From: Dictyostelium discoideum
Taxonomy: Eukaryota
DNA length: 64,000 nt
Reading direction: 5' to 3'
Assembly (NCBI GenBank): GCA_000004695.1
Contig: CM000150.2
Span: 3,104,001 to 3,168,000, forward strand
Within the stretch, counting starts at the first letter, position 1. The number at the start of each line of letters is the position of its first letter. The notes below the pieces were generated by a model. It made no database searches. It was not told the DNA's origin and saw nothing but the letters and a program-made list of their open reading frames with translations. Positions 27,338-46,159 of the stretch are shown here, one piece after another. A program made the translations under genes and the position numbers.

Positions 27338-27549
27338 TTGATTTTACAACTTTTTCATACTTTTTTTTTTTTTTTTTTTCATTTAATTTTGTTGATTTTT
27401 CAAATTTTATTTTTATTTTTCCTTTTTTTTTTTTTTAATTAATTAAAAAAATTATTAAGATAAAAATAATAAAATAAACAAAATAAAATAAAATATAATA
27501 AAAATAAAAATAAAAATAAAAATAAAAATAAAAATAAAAATAAAAATAA

Positions 27550-30161
27550 ATGGATATTGTTAATGAAAGATATAATAAAAAAATTGAACAAAATGAAAAT
27601 GATAAAAATAATGAACAATTAAATGAAATTATAAAATTAGTAAGTGACATTTGTAAAGCTAATAATATTGAACAATTGGAATCATTTGTTCAAAACAATG
27701 ACAAAGAAGGATTCTTTAAAAAATTATTCACAATGATCACTTTACCAGATGGAGATTTACACGAAACCTACAATGATATATCATGGGAATTGGTTCATTC
27801 ATTAGTTCAATCACTTAATCAAAGTTCAGCAGATTGGGATATCAAAAACCACACTTTAATAAATTCAACTTGTAAAAATATTTTAAATGTAAATAAAATA
27901 AAAAAATAAAAAATAAAAAAAAAAAAAAAAAATAAAATAAAAAAAAAAAACCTAACTTCAACTTTTTAATTTAATTTTAGATTATTGATTGGATATCAAA
28001 TAATTGTAGTGCAAGAGAATTTTTATTAATTGCACAAGAATTTGATGGATCATCATTTATTAGTTTAACATTGTTCACTAAAATATCAATGATTGTATTC
28101 ACAAAGAATGCATTAAAAAGAATACCAACTGAAAAAAGATTTAATTTTTTAAAATCTATTTTACCCCCACTTTTAAAAATTTTAGAAGTTGAAAATATTG
28201 AAATAAAAAAAGATGATGATGAAGATAATGAAAATATTAATAATTTCACCAATGATGAAAGTGATGATGATGATGATGATGGTAGTGATGATGATGATGA
28301 TAGTGATGATGATGTTGATGATGAAAATAAAAGAAAGAAACAACCAATTAAAATTATTGGACCAGATGTTGAACAAGAATTACAACAAAAGAATACTGAG
28401 AATGATACGAAATGGGAATACCCATTATCATGTATATTGGATTTCATTTATAGTTTTGCATTAGATTTGAAAGCACAAGATACAAATGATGATCCAAATT
28501 CTGGTATTTCAACACCTAGAGCAATCAATAGAACAGCTGGTTCGGACCAAATCACTTTTTATGATAAACCAAATACACCAATCGCTCAACAACAACATTT
28601 ATTCCTTTTCTATTTAGTAAAGATCCTTTCGATGGAATCAATTTTAAATCCACCACAATCATTACTTTGTAATGGTACAATGCCATTGTTGGGTGTCATT
28701 GGTGAATGTTTATCATTAATTGGTGCATCAACATCCTATATCTTGGGTACCGATTCAAGATTTCGTCTAAAAAAGAGAGAGATTGAATTAGAAGATATGT
28801 ACTATGATGAAGGTTTAGATGAAGATGATTTTCAAAATGATCAAGATTTAAATTTAAATGATCCAAATAAAGTTAGAAATAAATTAAAATCAAAAAAATT
28901 AAATTCAAATTCAAATCAATCATCTGCAAATACAAGTAAAGATATTGGTGATGATGATGATGATAATAATAGTGAATCAGATTATTCATCATCATCATCA
29001 TATGAATCAGAGGGAGAGGAAGAAGAGGAAGAAAAAGATGATGGATTTGGTGAAGATGAATATTCATCAATTGATAAATTATTTGATTTAGATTTACCAT
29101 ATAGTGGTATTGGTCATTATTTATTTTTATTAATATTGAAACCAACTGATCAATTTAGATTACCATCATTACAATCTATTCATTCGATTCTAATGGATAA
29201 TTTACCATATTTAATTAGTTTACTTCAATGTAAATCATATAGAATTGGATTTAAAGCTATTCAAATTTTATCATTTCTTCAAAAGAGATTAAAAGTTGGC
29301 TCAATCGATATAAATCAAGAATTTTGTAAGAATCCAATCATTGAAGATAGCATTCAAGAGATAATGTTAAAAGCAACTGAACAACATGGTGGTAATTTAA
29401 AGAATGCAATTGAACAATCGAAATTGGAAAAAGAGAAAAGACACAAATGGATACACGATCAATCGACAACTTGTATAGAACGAAATTACCATTTCCTTCA
29501 ATTGATTGAGTCGATCATTGGTTTCATGGTTAGATGTCCAGTTCAACAGATGAGATCTTTCACCTATAGGGTATTGATGTTATTGATTGGCCAAGTGTTA
29601 ACACCATCTACAAAATTCAATATTTTGTATAACTTGATTGGCACCTGTATATTCCCTTCGTTCACTGGGCTGCTAATTCACATCTTTAAGGAGGAGATTA
29701 ACAAAGCTTGGTCCTCTACGATCGTCGATGAAAGATGTTACTTTGTATCCCCGAAAATTCTAGATGTTGTAACAATTCCAATTCAAACCGGTGGTAATCT
29801 AATGGAAAGAATGGATTCAATAATGAATGGTCTAAACATGTATAGATTCTTGTTAATCAGAGACAAAGGTACCAATCATACTGGAATTTGGAGTAAATCA
29901 AAAATTCAAGGTTCAAGAGAAACTTGTTTCTATCCATTAAGAAAAGATCTATTAGATGTTCAATCACAATTTAGAGCTTCCTCTCAAGGTGATGAAAAAG
30001 CAATGGAAAAAGTTTTAAGTGGTGTCTCAAAAATGGGTGTAAATGACCTTTCAAAAGATGATATTAAAAATGCTTCAACATTGGTTTGTTATCATATTGA
30101 TATGGCTTTAGATGTTATAACTAGAATTTTAGAATTACAAGATACTTTAATTAAAGATTAA
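27550..30161 (+). CDS. Conserved-looking protein of about 839 aa and unknown function, with long D/E-rich acidic insertions. Two exons: 27550..27888 and 27981..30161; intron 27889..27980 (GTAAAT donor, ttaattttag acceptor).
   Basis: ORFs 27550..27909 and 28071..30161 are in the same frame after a 92-bp AT-rich intron is removed; exon 2 is open from 27981. Possibly glomulin/ALF4-like, but I cannot support that from the sequence alone. Confidence 0.6.
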
Positions 30162-30582
30162 ATTTTGGAGGAAAAAAAAAAAAAAAAAAAAAAACTTAAA
30201 TTTTGGAGGAAAAAAAAAGAAAAGAAAAAAAAAAAAGAAATGTAAAAATAAAATTAAAAAAAAATAAATTAAATAAATAAAATGAAAAAAAAATATTTAC
30301 CTTACAATTTTAATTATCAAAAACATCCAATTGGGGGAAATTGTATTTTTTAATAAAAAATGAAAAAAATGAAAAAAAAAAAAAAAAATAAAAAAAAAAG
30401 TCACAAAGTCCATTAAATAAAAAAAAAACAAAATGACTTTAAGACTTTTTTTTTTACACTCATAAATCTTTCTCCCTTTAAAACATTTCGAAATTATTCA
30501 TTGAGCATTGGCAGAAAATTAAATAAAAAAAAGTTATCGGTTTTTAAAAAAACCTGGTAAATGAGTGAAGAAGGGTTTTGTA

Positions 30583-30614
<32 letters not shown>

Positions 30615-30655
30615 AAATTAAAAAAAAAAAGAAAAAGAAATTATTTGAAACAAGT

Positions 30656-30709
<54 letters not shown>

Positions 30710-31028
30710 AAAAATAGAAAAAAAAAAAAATTTAAAAAAAAAAAAAAAAATTTAATCGCGGTGTAACAAATAAAAAGTAAAATAAATTATTCTGTATTCT
30801 ATTAATATCAAAGTTATTTTTAGTTTAGTTTTTTTTTTTTGAATCCTAAGAAAATTTAATAAAAAATTAAAAATAAAAAAATAAATTCAATTTTGGTAAG
30901 GTGTTTCTGTGCTTTGTTTTTTTTTTTTTTTGTGTGTGTGTGTGTTTATTTTTAAAAGAAAATAATCTTATTTAATTTCAAATAACAACATTTTTTAAAA
31001 ATAATTTTAAAATTAATTTTAAAATTGG

Positions 31029-31060
<32 letters not shown>

Positions 31061-31634
31061 GTAATTTTTAAAACAATTCTAATTAAAGATATAGTTTGGT
31101 AAATAAACAAAACAAGCATATTTATAAACATATATATATTTATATAAATAAAAAATACTATTCATGAATAGTAAATAGTTGTATGTGTGTAAATAATTAT
31201 TACTTTATTTTATTTTGTTTTTTTTTTTTTTTTTTTTTTTTTCTAAAAATAATTTTATTTTTTTTTTAATTTTTATTTATTACTTTTATTTTTATTTTTA
31301 TTTTTATTTTTATTTTTATTTTTATTTTAATTTTATTTTGTACTATTTTGTAAAAGATAAAACCACCAATAGAGAAACAGATAATTATATTAATTAAATA
31401 AACACACACACACACTCACACACACACTCATGTGTGTTTGGATTTTTTTTCATATTACGCAACAGAATCAGTAGTAATGGGAGTATAAATGGAGGTGTGG
31501 TAGTGTAAAAAATAAAAGTATTATTTATAGTAATACTAAAATATTAAACATAAAATAGTTAAAATAATTAAAATAATTCCATCCAAAAACTATTATTATA
31601 ATAATAATAATAAATAATAACTTGGGTATTTAAA

Positions 31635-31692
<58 letters not shown>

Positions 31693-32925
31693 AAAAAAAA
31701 AAATGTTTTATTTAATCAAATATTTAAAATAGTTATTTTTAATTGGGGTTATCAGTTTACTCGGGGAAGAAATCAAATTTATTTTTTTTAATTTATTTTA
31801 ATTTTAATTTATTTTAAAATTTTTTTTTTTATTTTTTTTTTATTTTTTTATTTTATTTTTTTTTTTTTAAAAAACCACCACTTTGGGTACAAGAAAAAAA
31901 ATAAAAAAATAAAAAAAAACATTTGGCAAAAGAAAAATATTAATATTAATTGTAAAATATTAAGTTATTCATTTTATCTTTTTATTTTATTTGTTTTTAA
32001 AATATTTTTTAATTTGTTTAACATTTTTTCTTTTTTTTATTTTTTTTTTTAAAAAAAAAAAAAAAAACTTCCTAAAAAATAAAAAATAATAAAATAATAA
32101 AAAAAAAACAAAAAACATAACCATAAAAAAAAAAAAAAAAAAACAACCATAATTACAACAATCATCCAAAACAAAACATAGCAACATTTTATTCATTATT
32201 TTAATATATCACAATATTGTTGTGTTTATTTGTGATCACACAAAATATAAAACAATTGTGTCGACGTTGTGGTATTTTTTTTTTTTTTATAATAAAATTT
32301 TTTAAATATTAATTTTTTTTTTTTTTTTTTTTCTTCTCTCTTTTTTTTAATTTTTATTTTTTTTTATTTTTTTTATTTTTTTTTTTTTTTTTTTTTTAAA
32401 AAAAAAATTCACAACACAAATAAATTTTCTTGAAACTAGAAAATTAATGATTTATTTAGTTTAATTAATAATAATAACAATATTTTATTCCCTTCTATAT
32501 TTATTTTAAAAATTAAAACAAATGCAAGGACAGGGTAATGTTTTTTTTTTTTTTTATTTTTATTTTTTTTTTTTTTTTCTTTTTTTTTATTTTTTTTTTT
32601 TATTTTAAATATATATACTTTAATGTATTTGGATTTTTTTTATATATTTTTTTTTGTTATTTTTATTATTTTTCATTTTTTATATTATTTTAAAAAAAAA
32701 AAAAAAAAAAAGAGCAAATATTATATTTTAGTAAAAAGGACATTAATATTAATTTAAATTCTATTTATTTTTTTAGGACAACAATTTTTATCCCAACAAC
32801 AAAAATTATCACAGCAAAATATATCACAACAAAATTTAATATTCCAACAATACAATAATAATAATAATAATAACAATAATAATATAACACCACAACAACA
32901 ACAGCTACAACAACAACAATTCTTT

Positions 32926-37488
<4,563 letters not shown>

Positions 37489-37821
37489 AAATATAATAAT
37501 AAAACAACAACAACAACAACAACACCAAGTACAACAACAAGTACAATAATAATAATAATAATAGTAATATAGCAATACAAATATAATATATAATAGTAAC
37601 AACATTAATAATATAGAAAACAATATAAAATTAAAATTAAAAATAAAAATATATTTATTAATTAATTCTTTTTATTTGTTTTTTTTTTTGATTTGATTTG
37701 CATGTGAATCCTTATTTTAAAAATTCTAATCTCAAATTTAAATCAGATAAAAAAATTAAAAAGTGAATTAAAATTATTATTTTTGTTGGGTTGGGAAATT
37801 TAATTTTTTTTTTTTTTTTTT

Positions 37822-39060
37822 TTATTTGAGAGCGTAAACATCCTCTGCATTAATTTTACCATTTAGAGGTGTTGAACAATAAATACAAATTTGGTCATTT
37901 GAAAATAGATTTTTGATCCAAGGGAATTGGTATTCTTGTGATGAGAACTCAAATGTTTCATTGTCAACAATAGCTTCATCTGGTTGCTCTTTTATATCCT
38001 CGCCAGCAAGTACCAATGATTTTGAACAACAAAAATCGCAATTTAATGTTTTTGGAGAACTTAACAATAATAAAGTTCTTGAACATCTTTCTAAAATACT
38101 TTCACATTCTCTGCATTCAATAAATCTTTCAATTGTACCTTCTGAAAAATTAAATTCTATTTTACATAAAATTATTTAATATTAGTAATTGGTTATTATT
38201 GTAATGTTTAAACAAATATTTAATTTACCTGCTAAGCAATAGAAACAATGATCAGTTATAGGTTTAGTTTCACCTTTACTAACTATTTTCATTATTTTAT
38301 TGTAAATATTTAAATATTTTTCTCCATCAATTCCTTTTAAGTGATGAGCCATTAATGAGAGAGAAATTCTTTGGTAATCTTCAAGTGGTGCAATTTTATC
38401 CTTCTGTTCGAAATATCTATTAAATTCTTTTAAACATTCAGAAATATAGTTTATATTTATATAATCTTTATAATAATTAATTTTATCTTCCATTTCTTTT
38501 GAAATTATATCTTTTGATTTTTTCTATTTTTATATTTAAATAATGATGATTAGTAATGTGTTAATTTAATGAGAAATTGGGGGTGGGTGAGTGAGTTAGT
38601 GAGTGAGTGAGTGAGTATGATATTACCTTTAAAATATAAAATAATTTAATAACGAATCTACATCTAGTTACTAAAGCATTTGAATTAAACCCTTTATCAT
38701 TATCATCTGGACATATTTCATTTATAAACTCTAAAATACTCTCACCTGGATAAACATTTATATAAATAAAATAATCCCAAAGATCCTTTGACTTTTCTCT
38801 TTCAAATTCTATTTAAAATTTTAAAAAAATTAAGATTTATTAGTAAAACTAAAAATAAAAAAAATAATAAAAAACCATATGTTTGATTAATTTTAAACTT
38901 ACTATTTAAGAATGCTTGTTTAAATGACTGAAAATTGAATGGTGGATCTTTATATGCTAAATTTAATCTTGATGTTACTGATTTAGAATGATACATTGTA
39001 ATACCTGGTGGTAAACTAATAAATAAAATTAAAAAATTGTTAATAATTATTTTTTCTTTT

Positions 39061-39104
<44 letters not shown>

Positions 39105-40155
39105 TTTTAATTTTAAATTTTCTTACTTTTCTAAATAAACAGTAATTAATTTATTTGGTGATGTGACCAATGAATAAATACCCAAACCTTTATCATCATC
39201 CTTTGGTAAATAATTTACAGAGGTTGGTTGTAAACTCTCTTGAGTGAGTAATGAATTCCAAAAATTTGGTTGAATTTTAAAATCAATGATATTGTTATCC
39301 AATGATGATGTTGAAAAATGATAATAATCTGAAAATGAAACACAAGTTATAGTTGCTCTATGTTTTAAAAATAAACATGATAATTGTTTTTTTTCGAAAT
39401 TATATAAATAAAAACCCATTCCTTTGCAAATAAATAAATATGTTTCACCATTTTCCTTTTTTTAAAAAAAAAAAATATATATATGAGTATATAATTAATT
39501 ATCATTATTAAAAATTGTATATAAAATAGATACATACATTTGGTGGTGACCATTCTAAAAGTGTTGCAACATTATAATCTTTTTCAATGATATTATATAA
39601 AAGTGTTACATTTCCATCACTATCTACTTTACTTAAATTTACACTACCATCACCAAGTGAAATTGCAATTATATTTTGATTTTGACTTGTGATTGAATTT
39701 TGTTTATTATTATTATTATTACTATTTTTATTATTATTATTAATTGTTGTTGAAGAAGATGGTTTCCATTTAATTGCAGTCACCCAATCATCATATTCAT
39801 CAAAACATAAAAATGATATATTATCACTTGTAAATGCATCTGATGATGAAGTTGGAATAGTACACTTAAAAAAAATGATACCTCTTTTTGTGCCTAGTGA
39901 TAATAAAGTTATAATTGAACCATTTGTATTGGTGGAATTGGATTTTTTACCTGTATTTTCAATATTTCCATCACTCATAATTGGTGACCAATCCATAGAT
40001 TGTATATCCATCCATTCAGTTCTTTTTTTATACTCTAAATTTGATACTGATTCAGATTGACGAACCAATGGTTTCGGATTAATATTTCTATCACTAAAAT
40101 AAATAAATTAATTTATATGGTATTAGTACTATCACTTTATAAAAAATGTATAGAA

Positions 40156-40186
<31 letters not shown>

Positions 40187-40648
40187 ATGAATAATAATTA
40201 CATCCAAACACTATCATTTTCATCAATTTTTTCATTAATTTTTGGATCAATTAAAATTTGATAAGTTAAATCAGATAATGAAGATACTTTCTCCCAAAAG
40301 TAATTACTTGAAGTTGAAGAGATATATGGTGATTTAAATAGAAAAACATGACCATTGCTCGTTGATGTTGCTAATAATTGAAATCCACCACCTAATGATG
40401 GGAAAAAACATTCTGATAAACTTCCTTTTAAAAAATCAACTTCTGCTTGACTGGTTGCATGTTTTCTAATGATTGGAAATACTGTTGCTTGTGGTTCTCC
40501 TAATTTATAATCATTATAATATTCTTCTTTTGGTATCATTTTAACACTCTCTTTTTTTAATAATCCATTTTTAAAATTCTAATTAAATAAGAAATAATAA
40601 TAATAATATTATTAATAATAAACGTTAATTAATATTTCTTTAAGTTGC

Positions 40649-40699
<51 letters not shown>

Positions 40700-40837
40700 T
40701 TTATCTTTTTATTTACTTACTAAAATGAAAATTGCATTTTTTTGAACAATTGCAAGTTTATTTGATGATTTGGAATAACTTGAGCAATTGAATGTTGATG
40801 AAGATGCTTGTCTTAAACTTAATAAGTCATGAAGCAT
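37822..40837 (-). CDS. Eight-exon gene of about 762 aa: 40721..40837, 40202..40578, 39538..40093, 39127..39455, 38903..39015, 38627..38808, 38229..38523, 37822..38141. It has a WD-like/beta-propeller-like N-terminal region and a Cys-rich C-terminus (CFYC...C.EC...CDFCC...CIYC). It may be a TFIIIC subunit (GTF3C4/TFIIIC90-like, with a zinc-ribbon tail); that identification is tentative.
   Basis: Six minus-strand ORF-track entries (40198..40539, 39508..40068, 39123..39419, 38802..38996, 38182..38493, 37822..38067) are connected by introns with GTAAGT, GTAATT, GTATGT, GTAAGA, GTAATA and GTAAAT donors and poly-T/AG acceptors. Phases 0,2,0,2,1,0,1 all close and the total is 2289 nt. Exon 1 (MLHDLLSLRQASSSTFNCSSYSKSS...) is not in the ORF track. 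Confidence 0.6.
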
Positions 40838-41032
40838 TCTTTAGTTTTATTTTCTTTTGAAATGTAAAAATGAAAAAATGAAAAATAAAAAAAAAATAAA
40901 AAAATGAAAAAAATAAAAAATTAAGAAAAATAAAAAAAAAGTGGGCGCCAATTTTTTATTTATTACCAAAAATGTTTTAGGTGAGGGTGTATCTACATTT
41001 GGAATTTGGGATTTGGAATTTGGAATTTGATT

Positions 41033-41066
<34 letters not shown>

Positions 41067-42249
41067 AAATAAAAAATAATATATAATTATTTTGAAAATA
41101 AATTTTAAAGTATAAAAATAATAAAAAAATAAAAATAAATAATAATAAAATAAAAAAAACTTTAAAAAATAAAAAAAAAATTAACTTCAATACTACATTA
41201 GGAAATTATTGATTTACGTGAGCAATAAAAAAAAAAAAATTTTTTATTTTTTTTTTTTTTTTATTTTACTTTTTTTTTTAAAATTTTTATTTTTACTATT
41301 TATTATTTTTGAAACTTTTTTTTATTTTTTTTTTTTATTTTTTTATTTTTTTTTATTTATTTTAACATTAAATATAAATATCCATTATATCTATTTCAAT
41401 TATGTGCATGTAACCATAGTAAAAAACCACCTATTTTTGTGAGTAAGAACGGAAAAAAAAAAAAAAAAAATTAAAAAAATTAAAAAAAATTAAAAAAATA
41501 TTTCCTTTATTTTTTTTTTATTAATTTTTTTTAATTTTTTTTTTTTTTTAATTTTGATATTATAACACAACACACACAATACTCAATAAAATAAAATAAT
41601 AATAATAAATAATATTAATAACTTATTAAAAACAATAATAATTTATTTCTATAAATATTATATTATCAAATATATTTGTGTGGGCATAGTGAAAAAAAAA
41701 AAAAATAAAAAATAAAAAATAAAAAATAAAAAAAATAATAATAATAATAAATAAAAATAAAAAATAATCTAAAACTCTTTTTTTTATTTTCATCACATAT
41801 TTTTAAACTCATGTTCAATAATAGAATAGAATCATAATTTTAAAAGAAAAGAAAAAAAAAAAAAAAAAAAAAAAAAAAAGAATAAACGACGTTTTAAAAC
41901 GCAAAAATAAAAAAAGAATAAATAAAAAAAAAAAAAAAAAAAAAAATTTCAAAAAAAAAAACAAAAACAATTGTTTTTTAAATTAAAAACTTTTTTTTTT
42001 TTTTTACAACAATAAAGAAAGGCTTGGTTATATACCATTACATAAAAAACAAAAAAAAAAAAAAAAACAAACCAAGTTAACCAATAAAAAATATAATAAA
42101 AATAATAAATTTAATATATAAAAAAAAAAATAATAACTATAGTCAAATATAATAAATATTAATAAATAATAAAAATAATAATAATATATAGAGATTAAAC
42201 CATTATATATTAATATATAATATATATATACAATAGAAATACATAAAGA

Positions 42250-43915
42250 ATGTCAGAAATATTAATAGATAGTGAACTACTTTCTTGTCCAATTTGTGCT
42301 GATACCTTTGTTGATGCATGTGATACAGGTTGTGGTCATACTTTTTGTGATTTTTGTTTAAATAGTTGCTTAGAGAACCGACCTGATAAATGTCCCGTTT
42401 GTTCAAAAGATCCATCACCTGTGCATCCAGCATTTACAATTAGAGCAATTTGCGGTGCTGTTGCGCCACATGTGGTTGAAGACCCAAGGTATGTTGAAAA
42501 ATTTTAATTTTATATCTTATAAATAAAAATAAATAGAAAGAAATAAATAAATAAATAAATAAATAAAAATAAATAGAAATAAATAAAAATAAATAGAAAG
42601 AAATAAAGAAATAAAGAAATAAAGAAAGAAATAAATAAATAAATAAATAAAAATAAATAATATCAAATAAAATAAATAATAAAATACACATATAAAATAA
42701 TATTTTATAAATATAAATATTGTTTAATTAATACCTACCTATTTAATATAATTTAGTATGACAGTAGAATCAGAGAAAGAACTTGGTAATAGTTCATATT
42801 ATAAAAATAAATATGCACAAGCAATTCTTCACTACAATAATGCAATTAATAAATGCACACATACAGATCCAAAAAATTCATACCTGTATAATAATAGATC
42901 ACAATGTTTTATTCATTTACGTCAATTTAAAAGAGCTTTAGATGATTGTGACGAGGCAATAAGATTAAATGATGATAATAGTAAGTATTATTCTTGTCAA
43001 ATTTACAAAATTTCAAATGTAAAAAATATTAACATATCTCTTACCAAACTTTTTATTTTTTTCAGTAAAAGCTTACATGAGAAAAGGTTTATGTTTAAGA
43101 ATGTTAGGTCATTTCGAAGAGAGTAGAGCAGCATATAATAAAGCAACAATTTTAGATAAAGGTGGTGAATGGAAACAACAAATTCAGGATGGTTTAAGAT
43201 TTTACCAGCATCAGCACCATTACCACAACAACAATCACAACAACCACAACAACAGCAACCACAACAACCACAACCACAACCACAACAACAACCACAACAA
43301 CAACAACAACCACAACAACAACAACAACCACAACAACAGCAACAACAACAACCAAGAACTACTCAACCAACTTATACCGCTCAACCACAACCACAACAAC
43401 AATATTATTTCCCATATGGTCAGCAATATACATCAAACTATCCACAATTTAATCAAAATCATGCTAGATATCAATACCCTGGCCATTATACAGTAAGAAC
43501 TAATGGTATCCCAAATCATACTTTCCATCCAAATTATCAATATCATAATATGCAACAACAACAACAGCAACAAGCACAACAACAAGCACAACAACAAGCA
43601 CAACAACAACAACAACAACAAACTCAACAACCACAACCACAACCACCACAACAACCACTACAACAACCACCACAACAACAACAACCACCACAACCACAAG
43701 TTAATACTAGCACAACCAATGTAAATACTACTGTACAACCAACAACAACTACTACTACAACTCAACCTACTTCGACTTCTGCCTCATCAACATCAGCAAC
43801 ATCATCATCAAATTTAAATAATGCACGTACTACAAGCCAACAATCATTGGGTAGTGCTCCAACCACAGGTAAAGGAAGGGGACGATCATCTTCTGGAAAT
43901 TGCAAAAGTCAATAA
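42250..43915 (+). CDS. RING finger (C3HC4: CPIC...CGHTFC..C...CPVC) plus TPR-repeat protein with a Q/P/Y-rich C-terminal region. Exons 42250..42488, 42757..42980 and 43066..about 43496 in frame 0. Reading the Q/P-rich tail through to 43915 requires an unexplained -1/+2 frame change near 43150-43200.
   Basis: Intron 1 is 42489..42756 (GTATGT donor; contains an (AAATAAAT)n repeat). Intron 2 is 42981..43065 (GTAAGT donor, tttttttcag acceptor). TPR motifs are YYKNKYAQAILHYNNAINK and IKAYMRKGLCLRMLGHFEESRAAYNKATILD. Downstream, the frame-2 ORF 43169..43915 uses the preferred CAA and CCA codons and stays open through non-repeat sequence. Confidence 0.5.
42530..42665. repeat. (AAATAAAT)n / (AAATAGAAAG)n-like tandem repeat within intron 1 of the RING-TPR gene.
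   Basis: Seen directly in the sequence. Confidence 0.9.
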
Positions 43916-43956
43916 GATATTTTAATCATGTTCCTTTTTACTGTTATTTATTTTCC

Positions 43957-43992
<36 letters not shown>

Positions 43993-44639
43993 AAAAAAAA
44001 AAAACACAAAAAAATAAGAAAATACTTTTAAAAAGAAATTTATTGGTTAGAACAAAAGCACCAATTCTTTTAAACAAAAACTCAAAAAAACAATAAAGTG
44101 ACCATTTTATTAACGGTCGTTCGAAACAGAATTTTTTTTTTTTTTTTTTTTTTTTTCAATAAAAGATTTTCAGATGTGTGGATCTCAATTTTCTTGGGGT
44201 TATATTGGATTTTTTTTTTTTATTTTTTTTTTTTTTATTGGTCCACTCTTTGAATAGAGTTTAATCACACAGAATAAAAATAGAAAGATAGAATTGTTTT
44301 TTTTTTTTTTTTATTTCTTTTTTTTTTTTTATAAAAATTTCTTTAATTAATTAAAGAAAAAAAAAGAAAAAAAAAAGAAAAAAAAAAAAATAAAAAAAAA
44401 AAACAAAATAAAATAAAAAAATAAAATAAAATAAACAACTGGAATTTTCAAAAGAAAAAGGTTTCAGGTAAGAAAAAAAAATATAAAATTAAATAAAATA
44501 AAATAAAATTTAACAGTAAAAAAGATTTTGGCATTGGAGGAATATATTTTTTTAATTTTTTTTTTTTTTTTTATTTTTTTAATTTTTTTTTTTCGTTTAC
44601 ACATACAACAACTTTTAACTCTTTAAACACAAATACACA

Positions 44640-44778
44640 ATGAATAAATTATTATTAGCTTTCCTTTTCTTTGGTTTAATCGCCTCTGTTACTATTTCTA
44701 TGAAAATTGATGTAAGAACACAAAGTGAACCAAATTTAGGAGATATTCCATTATGTTTGGTAAGTTAGTATTAATTTT

Positions 44779-44818
<40 letters not shown>

Positions 44819-45056
44819 AATATTTTTTCAATTTTAGATCTGTGACTTTGCTGTTGGTAAAATTGAAAAATATTTAGATGATAAAGCAAATACAACTGTT
44901 ATCATTGACAAAGTTGAAAAGGATTGTAATATATTAAGAAATAGTTGGATTGGAAAATGTAAAAATATCGTTACTGAATATGGTCCAAAAATCATTGACC
45001 TTTTGGAAAGTAACGAATCACCAAAAGCAGTTTGTGCTATCATCGATTTATGTTAA
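44640..45056 (+). CDS. Saposin-like (SapLip, amoebapore-like) secreted protein of about 112 aa: signal peptide plus one saposin-B-type domain with 6 Cys. Two exons: 44640..44759 and 44838..45056; the 78-bp intron has a GTAAGT donor.
   Basis: MNKLLLAFLFFGLIASVTISMKIDVRTQSEPNLGDIPLCL joined to ICDFAVGKIEKYLDD...CNILRNSWIGKCKNIVTEYGPKIIDLLESNESPKAVCAIIDLC. The Cys spacing is typical of saposin B. Not in the ORF track, because both exons are too short. Confidence 0.65.
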
Positions 45057-45656
45057 TACCATTAAACAGAATTGAAACATAAAAATAAAAATAAAAATAA
45101 AAATAAAAATAAAAATAAAAATAGATTAAAAAAAAAAAAAAAAAAAACCAAAATTATATGAAAAATTAATTAAAAAAATAATATTATTCATTAAATTAAT
45201 ATATCAAATACAAGGAATGAAATTTTATTTTATATTTTTTTTTTAATTTTTTTTTTTAAAATGAAAAAATAAAAATGGTGGTGTTGAAGTAGTATGGTTA
45301 AATTAAATTAAAATTAATTAAAATCTTTGGTTTAGTTGATAAATTTCTTATTTATATTTGTTTACTTTTGATTTATAAACTTCTCTTTTCTTTATTTTGT
45401 TTTTTTAATTTCGAATTTTTGAACCACTTTTTTACTTAAATAATCCTCATATTCCGAAAATTACACAAAACAAGAAAATAATATCTTTGGAAATAATTAA
45501 TTATTTTCATTATTTAAATTTTAAGGATATTTTATTTTATTTTTGGTGTAATCATTTAATTAGAGACAATTTTAAAATCTGCCCACAAAAAAAAAAAAAA
45601 AAAAAAAATATTTAAGTTAACACTACAACAAATATAAAAACACATTTTTTTTTAAA

Positions 45657-45694
<38 letters not shown>

Positions 45695-46121
45695 GACGCT
45701 ACAAAAAAAAAAAAAATATAATGTTGAAAGTGGTAAAGTGGTGTTAAGGTGGTGGTATTTTTGAAAGTAATAAAGATATGATATAATATTTCATACAATT
45801 TTGCACTATTTGTATTTGAATGATTTTTATTTTTTATTATTTTTTTTTTTTTTAATTATTAAATTATAATTTTTTTTTTTATTTTTTTTTTTCTTTTCTA
45901 ATTTATATTATTATTTTACTATTTATTTATTTAATTGTTATTTTTATTATCTATTTTGAAATCCCCCAAATATAATTGTATGTATGACCCCCCAATTCAC
46001 TCTAATGCATTACAATTAATCAAATTATTTATATTTTTTTTATTTTTTTTTTTATTTAACATATTAAAAACATTAACAATGAATAAAAATAAAAAAAAAA
46101 AAAAAAAAAAAAGAATAAAAT

Positions 46122-46159
<38 letters not shown>

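Noticed and set aside
28182-29145. Minus-strand ORFs 28182..28376 and 28873..29145, and plus-strand alternative-frame ORF 28213..28464, inside the 27550..30161 gene
   Set aside because: They are antisense or out-of-frame readings of the GAT and GAA repeats that encode the acidic tracts of the sense gene.
43077-43697. Frame-0 H/N-rich continuation (43077..43496), antisense ORFs 43235..43426, 43433..43654 and 43500..43697, and the plus-strand alternative-frame ORF 43503..43724
   Set aside because: These are repeat-driven alternative frames. The frame-0 continuation uses rare AAC and CAC codons. I retain it only as the unresolved frame problem reported in findings.
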